64,000 nt of DNA from Naegleria gruberi. Taxonomy: Eukaryota. A model generated the notes under the pieces. The model did not search any database, was not told the origin of the DNA, and worked only from the letters and a program-made list of their open reading frames with translations. Location of the stretch: NCBI GenBank assembly GCA_000004985.1, contig GG738872.1; one strand, 5' to 3'. Shown in pieces: positions 53,120 through 64,000 of this stretch (within the stretch, counting starts at the first letter, position 1; each line of letters begins with the position of its first letter). The position numbers were made by a program, and so were the translations under genes.

Positions 53120-55316
53120 TTAAAGATCTGAATTGTTAGGATTTGAATCTATAACACTCGACAAGTAACCAGCATCACCTGGATCATTATAAGAGAATCC
53201 AGAAAATGATGGAGATTGAGATGCTTTGAAAGGAGTTTTTGGCATAATCATTCCTTGTTCCTTAGCATTAAGTAAATTATCAGCTACGAGTGTTCCATTT
53301 TCAGAAATGTTATTACCCAAAATCTTTTGAAGATTTTCATTTGGATTATCAGAAAGTGGTGGTTTAAATGGAGGAGGAATTTGTTTTTGTAACATTAAAT
53401 CCCAATCAATATCATCAAAGAATGGATGTGATTTGATTTCTTCAATTCCATTAGCACCTAATCTTTCTTCTGGTTTCTTTACAAGTAATCTGTCCAATAA
53501 ATCAACCACAACACTTCTTTCAACTGGTTGAGCATATTTTACACCCTTGATTGGATCATCATAAACAGTGATAGTCCTCGAAGTGGCTTCTGTAATTTCC
53601 TTTGGATAAACTGGATGTGTATGAATAATTTGTTCGTACAATTCTTTTCTATTGCTACCACGGAATGGTGATCTACCTGTCAAAAATTCAAATAACAAAA
53701 CACCCATTGACCAATAATCAACTGCTTTACCATGTGGCATTCCTTTGATAATTTCAGGCTGTTTCAAAATATATTATTAAATTCAAAAAAAACAGTTATA
53801 TTTAAAAATATATAAATATATATTAATAATATTTAAATAATAAATAAATAATAAATACATGAGAAAAGATAATAACTACTTACACTAAGATAATCAGGAG
53901 TACCACAGAAAGTTCTAGTTTTTGTACCTGAAGAATTACCACCAACACTGGTAATTCCTTCTTTAGCAAGACCAAAATCTGTCAATTTGATGTGACCGTC
54001 AGAATTCAACAAAATATTCTCAGGTTTCAAATCTCTGTATATAATATCATTACTATGAAGATATTCAATAGCAAGAATAACTTCACACAAGTAAAATTTG
54101 GTCAATTCCAATGGGAAACGATGAACTCTTCTCAAATGGCCGAACAATTCACCTCCAGGAATAAATTGTAAACACACTATTGTTATCAATATTAAAATTT
54201 CAACATGAATGGGAAAGAAGTTCAAGTTTCAAATCACACTAAAAATCTCAATATCTACTTACTGTACAATTTGTCTTCAGCTTGGAATGAATGATACATT
54301 TTGATAATGAAAGGATGTCTATGATTTGATAAAACTCTCTTCTCTGTAATTGTGTGTTCAACTTGATTTCTTCGTTTAATTTCAGATTTATCCAAAACTT
54401 TGAGTGCATAAATTTGACGAGTGTCCTTCTTTCTCACAAGACAAACCTTTGAAAAACTTCCTTCACCAATAACTTTTAACAATTCAAAACTGTGAATTCC
54501 AATCTTTTTACCCATAAAAGCAGCCAATTGTTGTTGTTGATGCAAAGTTGGAGCTTCATGATCTTGACCACCAAATTGACCAGTAGAAGAAGAGGAAGTA
54601 GAAGAATTACCACCACTACTGACATTTGTAGTACTACTACTACTATTACCAATAGTAGTAGAAGTAGAGGTACTAGTATATTGTTGATCGATTCCTTTTG
54701 TTGTTATTGTGGAAATGGCTGTGGCTGTAGGAGTAATGTGACCTGAAGGAGAAGAATTGGATGGTGGATTGAAAGTAGAAGCCATATTCATTTGTGAAAC
54801 ATAATCACCAATATATGCTCCATATCCATTGTATTGTTGTGCATTATTAATTGGTAATCTATCACTGTACAATTGATAAAATACCTTTGTAATCCTATCC
54901 AATTGTTCATCAGATTCACATTCAAATTGATATTTCTTAATAACTTTTAAAAACAGAGTTGGTTTACCACCACCATTATTATTAGAATTGGTATTTGATA
55001 AAGATTGACTTGATGACAAATTTGTTGTTGGTGTTGAAACTTGAGAAGATGAATTGGAAGCATTATTTAGTGGTCCTGGTTCAATTCCAAATAAATCTGT
55101 TATATGAAAATACCACTGTCTTGATTTACCCTTCATATTTGAAATACCATCATCAGAAAAAACTAATTCTCTCTTTTGACGAGCTCCTCTACGGTTGATC
55201 TTGACTAATTCAAAGGAAATACGTGGAGTTTGTTTAGAGAGGATATCTTGTTGAATTTCACTCCCTTTTCCTTCTTTACCACCCCAAACTTTTTCAAATT
55301 TTCTTCTTACGGACAT
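53120..55316 (-). CDS. AGC-family Ser/Thr kinase (Akt/PKB- or SGK-like) with an N-terminal PH-like region. Three exons: 55316-54263, 54176-53884, 53758-53120. About 661 aa.
   Basis: Exon 1 has a PH-like N-terminus, then [21 protein letters not shown]...YALKVL. Exon 2, after an 86-nt GTAAGT intron in phase 1, has [11 protein letters not shown]...[13 protein letters not shown]...KLTDFGLAK...GTPDYLS. Exon 3, after a 125-nt GTAAGT intron, has [21 protein letters not shown]... and the AGC hydrophobic motif FSGFSY. Confidence 0.8.
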
Positions 55317-55912
55317 TCGTTAACTTTCTAATTTTCTTCTCCTCAAAGTAAAAAATTAATTTACCTACTAGTATGGATGATGAGTTATTTATACAGAAGA
55401 AACACACAGGATGGTCCAATTAACAAAACAAAGTAGTAGTTGTTTTGATCCAAGAAGACAATCGTGTATTTTTTTTTGAAAATGGTGATTGACATTGACG
55501 ACTGTCATTTGTTGTGTTTGGAATATGTTGTCATAGAGTGGTCAGGTAGAACTCAGGCAAAACAAGTTTTGAGGAACGAAATTGGATTTGGATAGGAGAA
55601 TGACATTTGTAAGAATCATGATAATTGACTCAAATGTTGAGAGTGAAATTTTTCACTTTATTTCCAATCAAAGAAAATTTACAGAAACAACAAGGAAAAT
55701 TGTTCAACTTGTTTGTTCAATTTCTCTATCATTTCAATAAGAAAGTGTTTAATTTTTTTACATAAAATTCATACTCCTAACGATACATTACCATTCTGTA
55801 TCATTTCATTGCACTTTCAATGCAAATTATCAAGCTAATAGTCAACTAGTATCGTCTTCCATTTCCCAATTCAAAATAGAAATTTAAAAAATTAAAAAAA
55901 TATTAAAAAAAA

Positions 55913-57472
55913 ATGTTGGCAACTCCATCAACACCACCTCAGCAACAACAACAAGCCAATACTACTACCACCACAACTACAACAACATCCTCCTCAACAT
56001 CGGCTGTTTCTGGTGGTGAAGATCAATTGTTGAAATTTTTTGCTAGCAAATTATCGAGTCTCAATGTACCTACATCATTAGAAGCATCATCATCGGAGGA
56101 TAAAGCAAATAATCCAATTAATAAGATTGTGTTTGCTGATTTGGAGAAGGAATTTTCAGATATTGTTGGTAAATTATTATCGAATGAGGATGTTTGTAAA
56201 AAAGTTGATTTGTTCTTGTTAGATTTATTCACAAGTGAAAAGAGTACACAATCAACAAATTCTGATTACGAATTGTATGAAAATTATATTAGAGTTGCCT
56301 ATTATTTATACTTGTTGAGTAGTAGAGAAAGCACAAAGAATAATTTTGATTTAATATTATTACAACATGTTCCTATTTGTCTCTATGTTTATTTCCAAAC
56401 TAAAAACAATTCCAAACTTGATGAAACTCAACAATTATTCCTCTCTAAAATTGAATCTGTACTCTTACTGATCTACAATAATGAAGGTGTTAAGAGACGT
56501 GAAACACCTGATAATGAAAAGACCTTGACTTTTATTGCAAGTCAAATTAATGGTATTAAAACAAGATATAATAATACTGAAAAGATTAATGCAACTATAA
56601 CACCATCAAAGTCGGATCCAACTCTTTCCACAAGTTTATTATTGGGTTCGTCTCATGCCAATGAAGATTTTTACACTGGTATTTCATCTAAAACACTCTA
56701 TGTTAGAAGTGAACTCATGAAAAATCAAGAATCTCTCTATCCATTATTTTTCAGAGATCACGAAAGTTCTCTCCCACTTGCAACTGAAATTAATGATAAG
56801 GTTTTAGGAGTTGTTTGCCAAACATTTTCAAAGAGATTGGATGTTTTGTCATTAGGGTCAATTTTCACATTTATGAGAGTTGTTCAAAAATTAGTTTCAC
56901 AAAAAGTACCATACAGAATTCCTACAATGGAACAAGTTGAAATTATTAGAACTAGAAATGAACAAGCCAAGAAAATTATGGAAGAAAGTTTGAAAGTTAT
57001 CAGAGAAGATACTACTCATGAATCTCAATCAGCTGGTACATCAGAATTCACTAGTTCAATTAGTGAAACTGAAATTCAACTTGATATTGAAACTCCAACA
57101 CCAAAGAAAGATAAGAAGAAGAAAATGTACTATCACGAATATCTCACTCAACTTGATTTAATAACAATGTATTCTGAACATTATGGAGATGTGGAATCTA
57201 ACGAATCCACAAATGAGCCAGTCAATGCAAGAAGAATTCCTCTCTCTGAGAGCTTTATCAATGAAACACTTGCCGTTCTCAAACATACCTCCCAAAGTTT
57301 GGACAAGTTATCCCAACAATATGCTCCACAAGATTTATTTGGTTCAAAACAAACTTCATCTAAGGCAGTTATTGTTGAAGTATTGTATGCTGTTTATTTG
57401 CGATTAATTTATGATTTTGTAGATTCTAGATCACTGTTACAAGTTCAGTCAATGCTAAAAATGTTAGATTAA
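55913..57472 (+). CDS. Hypothetical protein, 519 aa.
   Basis: ATG start. Poly-Q and poly-T N-terminus. No domain recognised. Confidence 0.35.
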   Translation: MLATPSTPPQQQQQANTTTTTTTTTSSSTSAVSGGEDQLLKFFASKLSSLNVPTSLEASSSEDKANNPINKIVFADLEKEFSDIVGKLLSNEDVCKKVDLFLLDLFTSEKSTQSTNSDYELYENYIRVAYYLYLLSSRESTKNNFDLILLQHVPICLYVYFQTKNNSKLDETQQLFLSKIESVLLLIYNNEGVKRRETPDNEKTLTFIASQINGIKTRYNNTEKINATITPSKSDPTLSTSLLLGSSHANEDFYTGISSKTLYVRSELMKNQESLYPLFFRDHESSLPLATEINDKVLGVVCQTFSKRLDVLSLGSIFTFMRVVQKLVSQKVPYRIPTMEQVEIIRTRNEQAKKIMEESLKVIREDTTHESQSAGTSEFTSSISETEIQLDIETPTPKKDKKKKMYYHEYLTQLDLITMYSEHYGDVESNESTNEPVNARRIPLSESFINETLAVLKHTSQSLDKLSQQYAPQDLFGSKQTSSKAVIVEVLYAVYLRLIYDFVDSRSLLQVQSMLKMLD

Positions 57473-57527
57473 ATATAAATTTGTAGATTCACGTAATTTA
57501 TTGTTTGTACAAATAACAACACTATTC

Positions 57528-59579
57528 TCAAACACGGTTAAGGGATCTGTTAAAAAGCACTTGTCTATCTTGATCTTCATCTAATAATCTTTGCAAATGA
57601 GGTTGAATATCTCTAATGTCTGTATTCATGTTAAAATGTAAACCTTCTGACATTACAAAGAATTCTGTTTGAACAACCTTCTTTCTTCCTACCTCAAATA
57701 CACTTTCAATTTCGTCAAGGAAATCAGAAATCATCTCTTTTCTTTGCTCATGAGTACTTTCCAGAGTCATTTTGAAAGCTAAGAATAAACAAGCAGCTGC
57801 AATTCTCTTTCTATTTGTTTTGTGAACTAAATTCTTAAGAATCATTTTTTCTAAATAAACATAAGCTAATGCTGCAATGGTCAATTCGTCAGGTTTTTGT
57901 TTCAAAATGACCTTAAGTATCCTTCTTTTAAGTTTTCTAATTTTTGAAAGACTTAGCAAGCAATGTTCATGTTGTTGTCTAAATTGTTCATTCAAATCCT
58001 TCTTTAAAGCTTTTGATTTAAGGAAAGGAATGGTAGAAGTCATAAGACCAGGGAAAGTCATAACTTTTCTCTTACTTGCAGTTCTAATATTTGGATCATC
58101 TAAGAAGAGTGGATCATAGGCTTCACACTTCAAAGGTTCCAAAATATATGATCTATAACTTGTTGGTTTTTTGCTAACAGTAATTGCCTCTAATTCCATT
58201 TGCTTACTAATCAATTCCTCACTGGTTAATGTGACATCAACCAATGTATGATCCACTACAGGAGAACAAAGAGTTGGAATACTTGTAGCAGAAGTTGGAA
58301 GTGGAGTACTACCTGTAGATGAATTTGGAAAAGTACTTGGATTTTTCTTTGGTTTAATGAAAGAACAAACCAAAAATGGAATGGATGAATTCTTTTGCAT
58401 CAAGTGTAAACGACGTATATAATCATCTTCATTTGATTCATCAACTTCTTTTTGGTTTTCAATATCTGGAGATTCATTGGTTGAATCAAATACTTCATCC
58501 ATTGTGTTAATTTGCTTCAAGAACTTTGGCAGAGTTTTTGGTATGGTGCTTGTATTACCATTACTTGTTTTCAAAGTAAACTGAGTTACATTCTTTTGTT
58601 GACTTTCTTGAACATTCTCTAAACTTTCTACTTTCTTCATTGGAATATTAGAAAGGAAATCAAGAGCTTTTGTTTTTGTTTTGTGTGCATGATGATGGTG
58701 TTTGGGATGAGGATGATGCAACTGATTATAACGATGATGATGGTGATGATCCGGGAGTTTTTTGTCATTGTTGTTATTGTGAAGTTTAGTTTTTGAAGTT
58801 AGTTGATCATTTTGTTCAATTGGTTTTTGTTCAGAACCATCAACAATCGGATTTGCAATTGTTTTTGGTTCAGGATTTGGAATATTTACAGTAAGTTTTG
58901 AAGAATGCTGTTTTGTTGCATTGCTGGATGAATTTTCCAATATTGTGGTTGTGGTGGCAGTAGTAGATGACACCACAATAGTATAGGCACCGTTTGATTT
59001 GTCTTCTGTTGGAGACTCTAATCTACTACTAGCTGTGTATCCTCGTGGTCTTGGACTCACATTTGTGATTGCACTTTTAGTTGTTGTTGTAATCAAATTT
59101 GGTGGTGAGGAACTTATTGCATGGCTTCTACTACCGCCACCACCACTGCTGCTATCAGTAATGGTTGGTTTTAAAATAGTACCAGATGATTGTGTATGGG
59201 CATGGGAATCTCTATTTACGTGTTCGGTTGGAATGTTATTCAAAAAGTTGAGAGCTCTCCTCTTCTTCTTATCGTTATGAGATTTGTGATGATGGTGGGA
59301 GTGATGTGGTTGTTTATGACTGGTATTTGTTGTAGTGGATTGTTTGCTATGGGAATGAACCATGTGTGATGATGAAGGTGAAGTTGAAGGTACGCTTCGA
59401 TCACTTGAAGAAGATGAATTGGAGTGAGTACTTCCACTCCTATTCTTGGACGGGTTAGGGGGTTCAGCTTCATTAGAACCCAACGTCGATGAATCTTCTA
59501 GCAGATCAGCTCCTGATCCAGCACCATTCTTTGAATGTTTAAACGCTGATGAGTTTGAATTTCGGAAGACTAAATTCAT
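57528..59579 (-). CDS. Protein with a long S/T/H-rich disordered N-terminal region and a C-terminal cyclin-box-like domain (CABLES/cyclin-like), 683 aa.
   Basis: The C-terminal ~150 aa (LTIAALAYVYLEKMILKNLVHKTNRKRIAAACLFLAFKMTLES...) show a cyclin-fold helix pattern. Multiple His runs (HHSHHHHKSH, HHHHHRYNQLHHPHPKHHHHAH). Confidence 0.35.
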   Translation of the reverse strand: MNLVFRNSNSSAFKHSKNGAGSGADLLEDSSTLGSNEAEPPNPSKNRSGSTHSNSSSSSDRSVPSTSPSSSHMVHSHSKQSTTTNTSHKQPHHSHHHHKSHNDKKKRRALNFLNNIPTEHVNRDSHAHTQSSGTILKPTITDSSSGGGGSRSHAISSSPPNLITTTTKSAITNVSPRPRGYTASSRLESPTEDKSNGAYTIVVSSTTATTTTILENSSSNATKQHSSKLTVNIPNPEPKTIANPIVDGSEQKPIEQNDQLTSKTKLHNNNNDKKLPDHHHHHRYNQLHHPHPKHHHHAHKTKTKALDFLSNIPMKKVESLENVQESQQKNVTQFTLKTSNGNTSTIPKTLPKFLKQINTMDEVFDSTNESPDIENQKEVDESNEDDYIRRLHLMQKNSSIPFLVCSFIKPKKNPSTFPNSSTGSTPLPTSATSIPTLCSPVVDHTLVDVTLTSEELISKQMELEAITVSKKPTSYRSYILEPLKCEAYDPLFLDDPNIRTASKRKVMTFPGLMTSTIPFLKSKALKKDLNEQFRQQHEHCLLSLSKIRKLKRRILKVILKQKPDELTIAALAYVYLEKMILKNLVHKTNRKRIAAACLFLAFKMTLESTHEQRKEMISDFLDEIESVFEVGRKKVVQTEFFVMSEGLHFNMNTDIRDIQPHLQRLLDEDQDRQVLFNRSLNRV

Positions 59580-60254
59580 AATACAATTTTTTTAATCAAT
59601 AAATATAATTATAATAATCAATATAACAATAATAATAGATTTTCAACACAGCGATATTTGATGATACTATGTGTGATATTCAATAATAAAATCTTCTTCT
59701 ATATGAAGAGGGTTTGATGATGATTTTCTTTTTGAGGTAGCGACAAATCCGCAGTCAATAATAAACACTATTCAATATAAAAACAATAATTGCGTTGCGC
59801 AGCGTGATGTTGTTTTTTTGAGGGACTTTTCTTGCTCTAATAAAAGATTTCCCAAAGAACCACGCACTCAAGCAAAAAAATAACACCGCCACCAAATGTT
59901 TTATCAATTCCAATCAAAACTGGATTTGTTGATTCGAATGGCATGTACTTGAAGTGGTTGAATGTGTTAAAATGTTGAATGAACATTTTGAGAAGTTATT
60001 AAATATTGTGTGGAATGCTTATTATCGTTGTGAACCACATGAATTTGATTCATATGGAAAATAGTTTAATTTAGTAAAAGGTATGTTTCATTCAAATAGA
60101 ATAACTTCATATTAATGAGCTGTAAGATCTATTTGTAAAAAATAAAACTTTCAATATGTACATATAAACAGTGGGATTCATATTAAGAAAGTTTGGTGTT
60201 GTTAGATAATGAATTCAACAACAAAATGTTCAAACGTTATGAAACATATGAGAA

Positions 60255-60327
60255 GCCGACATAGCTCAGTTGGGAGAGCGTAAGACTGAAGATCTTAAGG
60301 TCCCTGGTTCGATCCCTGGTGTCGGCA
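60255..60327 (+). tRNA. tRNA-Phe (anticodon GAA), intact.
   Basis: 73-nt cloverleaf GCCGACATAGCTCAGTTGGGAGAGCGTAAGACTGAAGATCTTAAGGTCCCTGGTTCGATCCCTGGTGTCGGCA. Anticodon loop ACTGAAGAT. A TTTT tract lies downstream. Confidence 0.9.
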
Positions 60328-60531
60328 AATTTTGGGTTGACCAGCAAAAAGTTTTAAGGTGTTGTCTTATAATAGTAATTAGGATGTTCTATTATCCTGC
60401 ATTTACTAAATAATTTCAAAATACAAATACCTTTAGAGATAATTGGGATAAAATATAAGAACCATTGAGAGGTGATTTAATGTTTAGATACTTTAACCAA
60501 ACTCAACCTAAAAACTAATAAATTGTGTTTA

Positions 60532-63500
60532 TTAGAAAGTTCTTGTTGTATCATTATCAAGTGGAACAATCTTATTCATCAAGTTACGAATAGGGAAGAA
60601 TTTTTCACTTCTTCCAGTGAGTGAACTAACAATCACATGTGTAGCATATGCTCTGTAACCGTTATCCTTATCGCACAATAAATTGAAAGTAACCTTAAAG
60701 GTAGGTAAAATCTCCTCAGAATGAATCAAAACACTTTCCTGTTGTTGAACTTCGTAATTGTACTTGATTTCTTGCATAGTAATTCTCTTTGGTGGTAAGA
60801 ATCCCTTTGGGCCTGCCATTCCCAAAGATAGGAATTTTCTCTGATTATTCATGCATTGATAGGCAAAAGCTTGAACCCTATTGACTGTGTCATAGACCAT
60901 ACAAACAGATCTATCATTCAAACCATTCAATTCCACATTATTAAATGATTCTTCAGTGTGTAGAGGCAAATCATTGGAGTAAGGAACAACATAGGTCATT
61001 TCCAATTCTCTCTTCTTTCCCTTCGAGTCTTCAATGCTTAAACGAACTTGGAGAGGATTAGGATAACATGTTGGAAGATATCTATCAGCTGGTTTCATAC
61101 GAGCGGAAAGTCCTTTGCATGGCAATTCAGAAGTCACAAAGTACTCCAAAGTGGCACCTGCACCAATATTGAAAGTGTCCAAGAACACTTCATTAACTTG
61201 ATTATAGTCTTTCACGGCAATGATTTTGAATGAAAATGGATCTTCCTTTAAAACTAAAACACCATCATTGTAACCTGCTTGTGTACCATCCATGGCTACC
61301 CAATTTCCGTTGGAGTCCTTATACTCAACCATAATTTTGGTTACAGAGAGAGGTGTGCTTGAAGAATTAACAAAGTAAACTTTTGTTAGAGTAAAGTTAC
61401 ATTCGAAAGATGGTTCATTTCCAACCGTACGTTGACTGTGAATGTTTTGGAGGAGGCAAAAGAATTCATGTCTATCAGAAAGACGTGCCAAACTTGGAAT
61501 TCTCAAACGAATATCACTATCACCAGAATCTGAATAAACTTTCAATGTGGATGGATCAATTGGTTTTGGAGTTTGAATTGGCTTATCAATCACTTCCTTA
61601 TGATTTTGCTCAATAAACTTGTTATAATAATCAATTAGACTCTTTTCGTCTCCTAGAATTGATTGCTCATCTAGTTTTTCATTTTCTTGAATGATGGTCT
61701 TATACTTGGTCTCTATTGGAGTGTATGGAGCTAGAGCATACAATCTAAACATACCAAGGACAATATTTTGTCCATTTCCTCTTTCTAATTTCCAATATCT
61801 TGCTTTAACCCCATCATTTATAGTTCCATCATATTCTTCAGTTTGTGGAAATTGTAAAACATTCAATTTAGGATGAGTTTTGACATTATTAAGGGTGGTC
61901 AATAAAATCCAAGGATCTTCTTTTCTGACTTTGTAGTAGAGTGTGACATTGTTGACATTCAAAGCTTGATAGGACTTTTCATAAAGGGAATGAGTTAAAA
62001 ATTCTACACGTTTAAAGAGGTGAGCTTGTTCATATTCAATTTCAATTGAAGATTTGTGTATATACAAATCATTAATTGCACAGACTCCAAATGAGCAAGA
62101 GCTATCAAGCATACCGCTAATACAATTGTCAGCATATCCAATTTGAGGATTAGAGCTGCTCAATAACTTAACTGGAACTACATTTACTTCAGTACCTTGA
62201 TAGGTGGAGAGGTATGAAGCTCCGATTTCTTTCTTTGGTGGAATGACACCAATCAGATTTTGTATTGGTGTGTATGGAGCATAAGCAAACATTTTCAACA
62301 TTCCAAAGCACACATCACCTGAATGAGGACGATCGAATTTCCAGTATCTGGCCTTGGTTCCATTCAACTTGACAAAGGTATGTTCACCATTCTCCCCAAC
62401 ATTTTGAATGGTTGTAAACAATGTCCATGGTTCTGATTCTTTCAACTTGTAGGAAACGTTGACATCTTTCAAGAATTCACTTCCTCTATTAAAGCCAAAG
62501 TTTTGATGAGCAAACAATTCCATATATCTGAACTTGAAAACTTGCCCAAAATCAAATGAAAATCGAGGCTGAACTGTATTTGTTGTACCCATTCCAAACA
62601 TTCCCGATTCATCTAATAATCCAGGAATGGTATTATTGAAATAGTCATCCAACATGGTTGAAGTAAAGCTGACAGGGGCAACAAGATTAATCTCATTGCC
62701 AGTATATTGAGGTTCATACTTTGCGAGCTCTGCCTCTCTAGTCAAAACCTCACCAGTTTTGGTCTTGTATGCAATGTATGGAGCAAGGGCATACATACGT
62801 AACATTCCAAATGAAATACGTTCTATTGTACCTCTTGGTCTGGAGAATTTCCAATATTTGGCAGTAACTCCATCCCCTGCAAGTTGAATGGTATTCTTGA
62901 CTCGATTGATCTTGACATTTTCAAGTGTGAGAGCTGGAATCCATGGTTCAAATTCTCTGACCTTGTAGTGAACTTCAACTTTGTTTAAATAATCTCTTTG
63001 AGGAGAATCTCCGTACATTGGACATGCAATAAATTCAAAATGTTTGAATACATATACAGCATCAAAATTAAGAATCATATGACTTCCATATACTCTTTCG
63101 GTGGTGTAACCATAATCAGCAGTGTCATCTAAAAGACCCTCAATGGTATTATCATTTCTGTCAGTTTTAGATCCTGTAATTCTTAATGGAGCCACAACAT
63201 TGATTTCATTTCCTGTATAGGAAGGTTTCATTAATGCTAATTCCTCTTCCTTTCTTAAAATAGTTCCATTCATTGTCTTGATTGGAATATATGGAGAAAG
63301 TCCATAGAATCTCACCATTCCCAAAACAACATTATCCATTCCACCCTTGGAGAATCTCCAAAATTGTGCCTTTAAATCATTTAACTGAATAGTATTGGTA
63401 TGGAGGTCTCCATTCAATCCGTTTAAGGTTGTTACATTTGTCCATTGATCGCCTGAGTTTAGCTTGCATGAAATTTTAACATTGTTAAGCTTAAGGTCAG

Positions 63501-64000
63501 AATCAGATGCCTTAGAGTGAGCTTTAATTTCAATATATTTGAAAATGTGAGGCTTATCAAAGTTGACATCAATGTAGGAATCCATTCCAAAATAGGTACG
63601 AGCTCCATAACCTGCTGATTCATCCAAGAGACCTTGAACAGTGTTGTCATCAGAATAGGAAGTAGAACTGAATTTGAGGCTTGCTGGTTCAATAACGTTG
63701 ACTTCTGTTGTTGTGACAACAGCTTCCTCAATCATTGGTTGAGCTACTGGAGTTGAAACAGGAGTTGACTGAGCAGCGACAACAGGTTGGATTACTGGCG
63801 AAGATGTAACTGAAACAGTTGGTTGCGAAACAACATTTGAAACTGGAGGAGTTGATGGTACATTTGGCTGGATAACAACTTGTTGAACAACAGTTTCAAC
63901 AACTGGAGAAGACACAACTGGAGGTTTAATCTCGCTCTCTACAGGTTTAACTAGTGGTGGAATAATTCCAGTCTTGGTCTTAATTTCTCGATAAGGAGCT
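60532..64000 (-). CDS. Large protein (5'-partial; the ORF runs off the window end) with four tandem ~170-aa repeats of a galactose-binding-domain-like (DOC/APC10- or discoidin-like) module.
   Basis: The frame is open to position 64000, and the apparent M at 63915 is a GTG. Repeat units each contain YTGNEINVVAP, GLLD(D/E)(S/T), a central hydrophobic core, (K/A)(A/R)(R/K)YWKF.RP and FGMLRMYALAPY. The N-terminus is V/P/S/T-rich. Confidence 0.45.
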   Translation of the reverse strand, partial: APYREIKTKTGIIPPLVKPVESEIKPPVVSSPVVETVVQQVVIQPNVPSTPPVSNVVSQPTVSVTSSPVIQPVVAAQSTPVSTPVAQPMIEEAVVTTTEVNVIEPASLKFSSTSYSDDNTVQGLLDESAGYGARTYFGMDSYIDVNFDKPHIFKYIEIKAHSKASDSDLKLNNVKISCKLNSGDQWTNVTTLNGLNGDLHTNTIQLNDLKAQFWRFSKGGMDNVVLGMVRFYGLSPYIPIKTMNGTILRKEEELALMKPSYTGNEINVVAPLRITGSKTDRNDNTIEGLLDDTADYGYTTERVYGSHMILNFDAVYVFKHFEFIACPMYGDSPQRDYLNKVEVHYKVREFEPWIPALTLENVKINRVKNTIQLAGDGVTAKYWKFSRPRGTIERISFGMLRMYALAPYIAYKTKTGEVLTREAELAKYEPQYTGNEINLVAPVSFTSTMLDDYFNNTIPGLLDESGMFGMGTTNTVQPRFSFDFGQVFKFRYMELFAHQNFGFNRGSEFLKDVNVSYKLKESEPWTLFTTIQNVGENGEHTFVKLNGTKARYWKFDRPHSGDVCFGMLKMFAYAPYTPIQNLIGVIPPKKEIGASYLSTYQGTEVNVVPVKLLSSSNPQIGYADNCISGMLDSSCSFGVCAINDLYIHKSSIEIEYEQAHLFKRVEFLTHSLYEKSYQALNVNNVTLYYKVRKEDPWILLTTLNNVKTHPKLNVLQFPQTEEYDGTINDGVKARYWKLERGNGQNIVLGMFRLYALAPYTPIETKYKTIIQENEKLDEQSILGDEKSLIDYYNKFIEQNHKEVIDKPIQTPKPIDPSTLKVYSDSGDSDIRLRIPSLARLSDRHEFFCLLQNIHSQRTVGNEPSFECNFTLTKVYFVNSSSTPLSVTKIMVEYKDSNGNWVAMDGTQAGYNDGVLVLKEDPFSFKIIAVKDYNQVNEVFLDTFNIGAGATLEYFVTSELPCKGLSARMKPADRYLPTCYPNPLQVRLSIEDSKGKKRELEMTYVVPYSNDLPLHTEESFNNVELNGLNDRSVCMVYDTVNRVQAFAYQCMNNQRKFLSLGMAGPKGFLPPKRITMQEIKYNYEVQQQESVLIHSEEILPTFKVTFNLLCDKDNGYRAYATHVIVSSLTGRSEKFFPIRNLMNKIVPLDNDTTRTF

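Noticed and set aside
1-64000. Ciliate (TAA/TAG = Gln) or prokaryotic reading of the window
   Set aside because: Long ORFs are intact under the standard code with TAA/TAG as stops. Genes carry GT-AG introns, eukaryotic domains (PTEN, FYVE, YEATS, ubiquitin) and 5S rRNA / Pol III tRNA genes with T-run terminators.

Overview
This 64 kb window is a compact, AT-rich (about one-third GC) eukaryotic nuclear locus, not a prokaryotic island. The long ORFs are read with the standard code and several are interrupted by very short spliceosomal introns of 39-125 nt with GTAAGT/GTATGT donors and AG acceptors. Gene content and protein low-complexity (N/T/Q/S/H-rich tracts) look protist-like, possibly a heterolobosean or amoebozoan-type organism, but the organism cannot be named from sequence alone. 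I support about 35 protein-coding genes. The more confident calls are ribosomal proteins P2 and eS19, a DH-PH-RCC1-FYVE RhoGEF, a secreted GH13 alpha-amylase, PTEN, an FGGY sugar kinase, a MATE transporter, a NAK-kinase/ArfGAP fusion, a PH-containing AGC kinase, a DUF676 serine esterase, a YEATS protein, a PbH1 beta-helix protein and an iGluR-type channel. The less certain calls (about 0.3-0.45) are a degenerate Roc-like-GTPase/LRR/kinase gene, an LRR/coiled-coil protein, a His-box desaturase-family protein, a MACPF-signature secreted protein, a cyclin-box-like protein and a four-repeat DOC/discoidin-like giant protein. RNA genes are three Pol III tRNA genes (Phe-GAA, Lys-CTT, Arg-TCT), a 12-nt-deleted tRNA-Phe copy, and two nearly identical dispersed 5S rRNA genes plus a 5S 5' fragment. 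The two full 5S genes flank a divergent di-ubiquitin gene. Observations most worth follow-up: an EF-1alpha-family paralog missing the catalytic His and the NKxD Lys; a divergent ubiquitin dimer beside 5S genes; a head-to-head pair of small paralogous ORFs; and the kinase-ArfGAP and GTPase-LRR-kinase architectures. The ORF track uses TTG/GTG starts in places, so I re-anchored starts to ATG where the sequence allowed.
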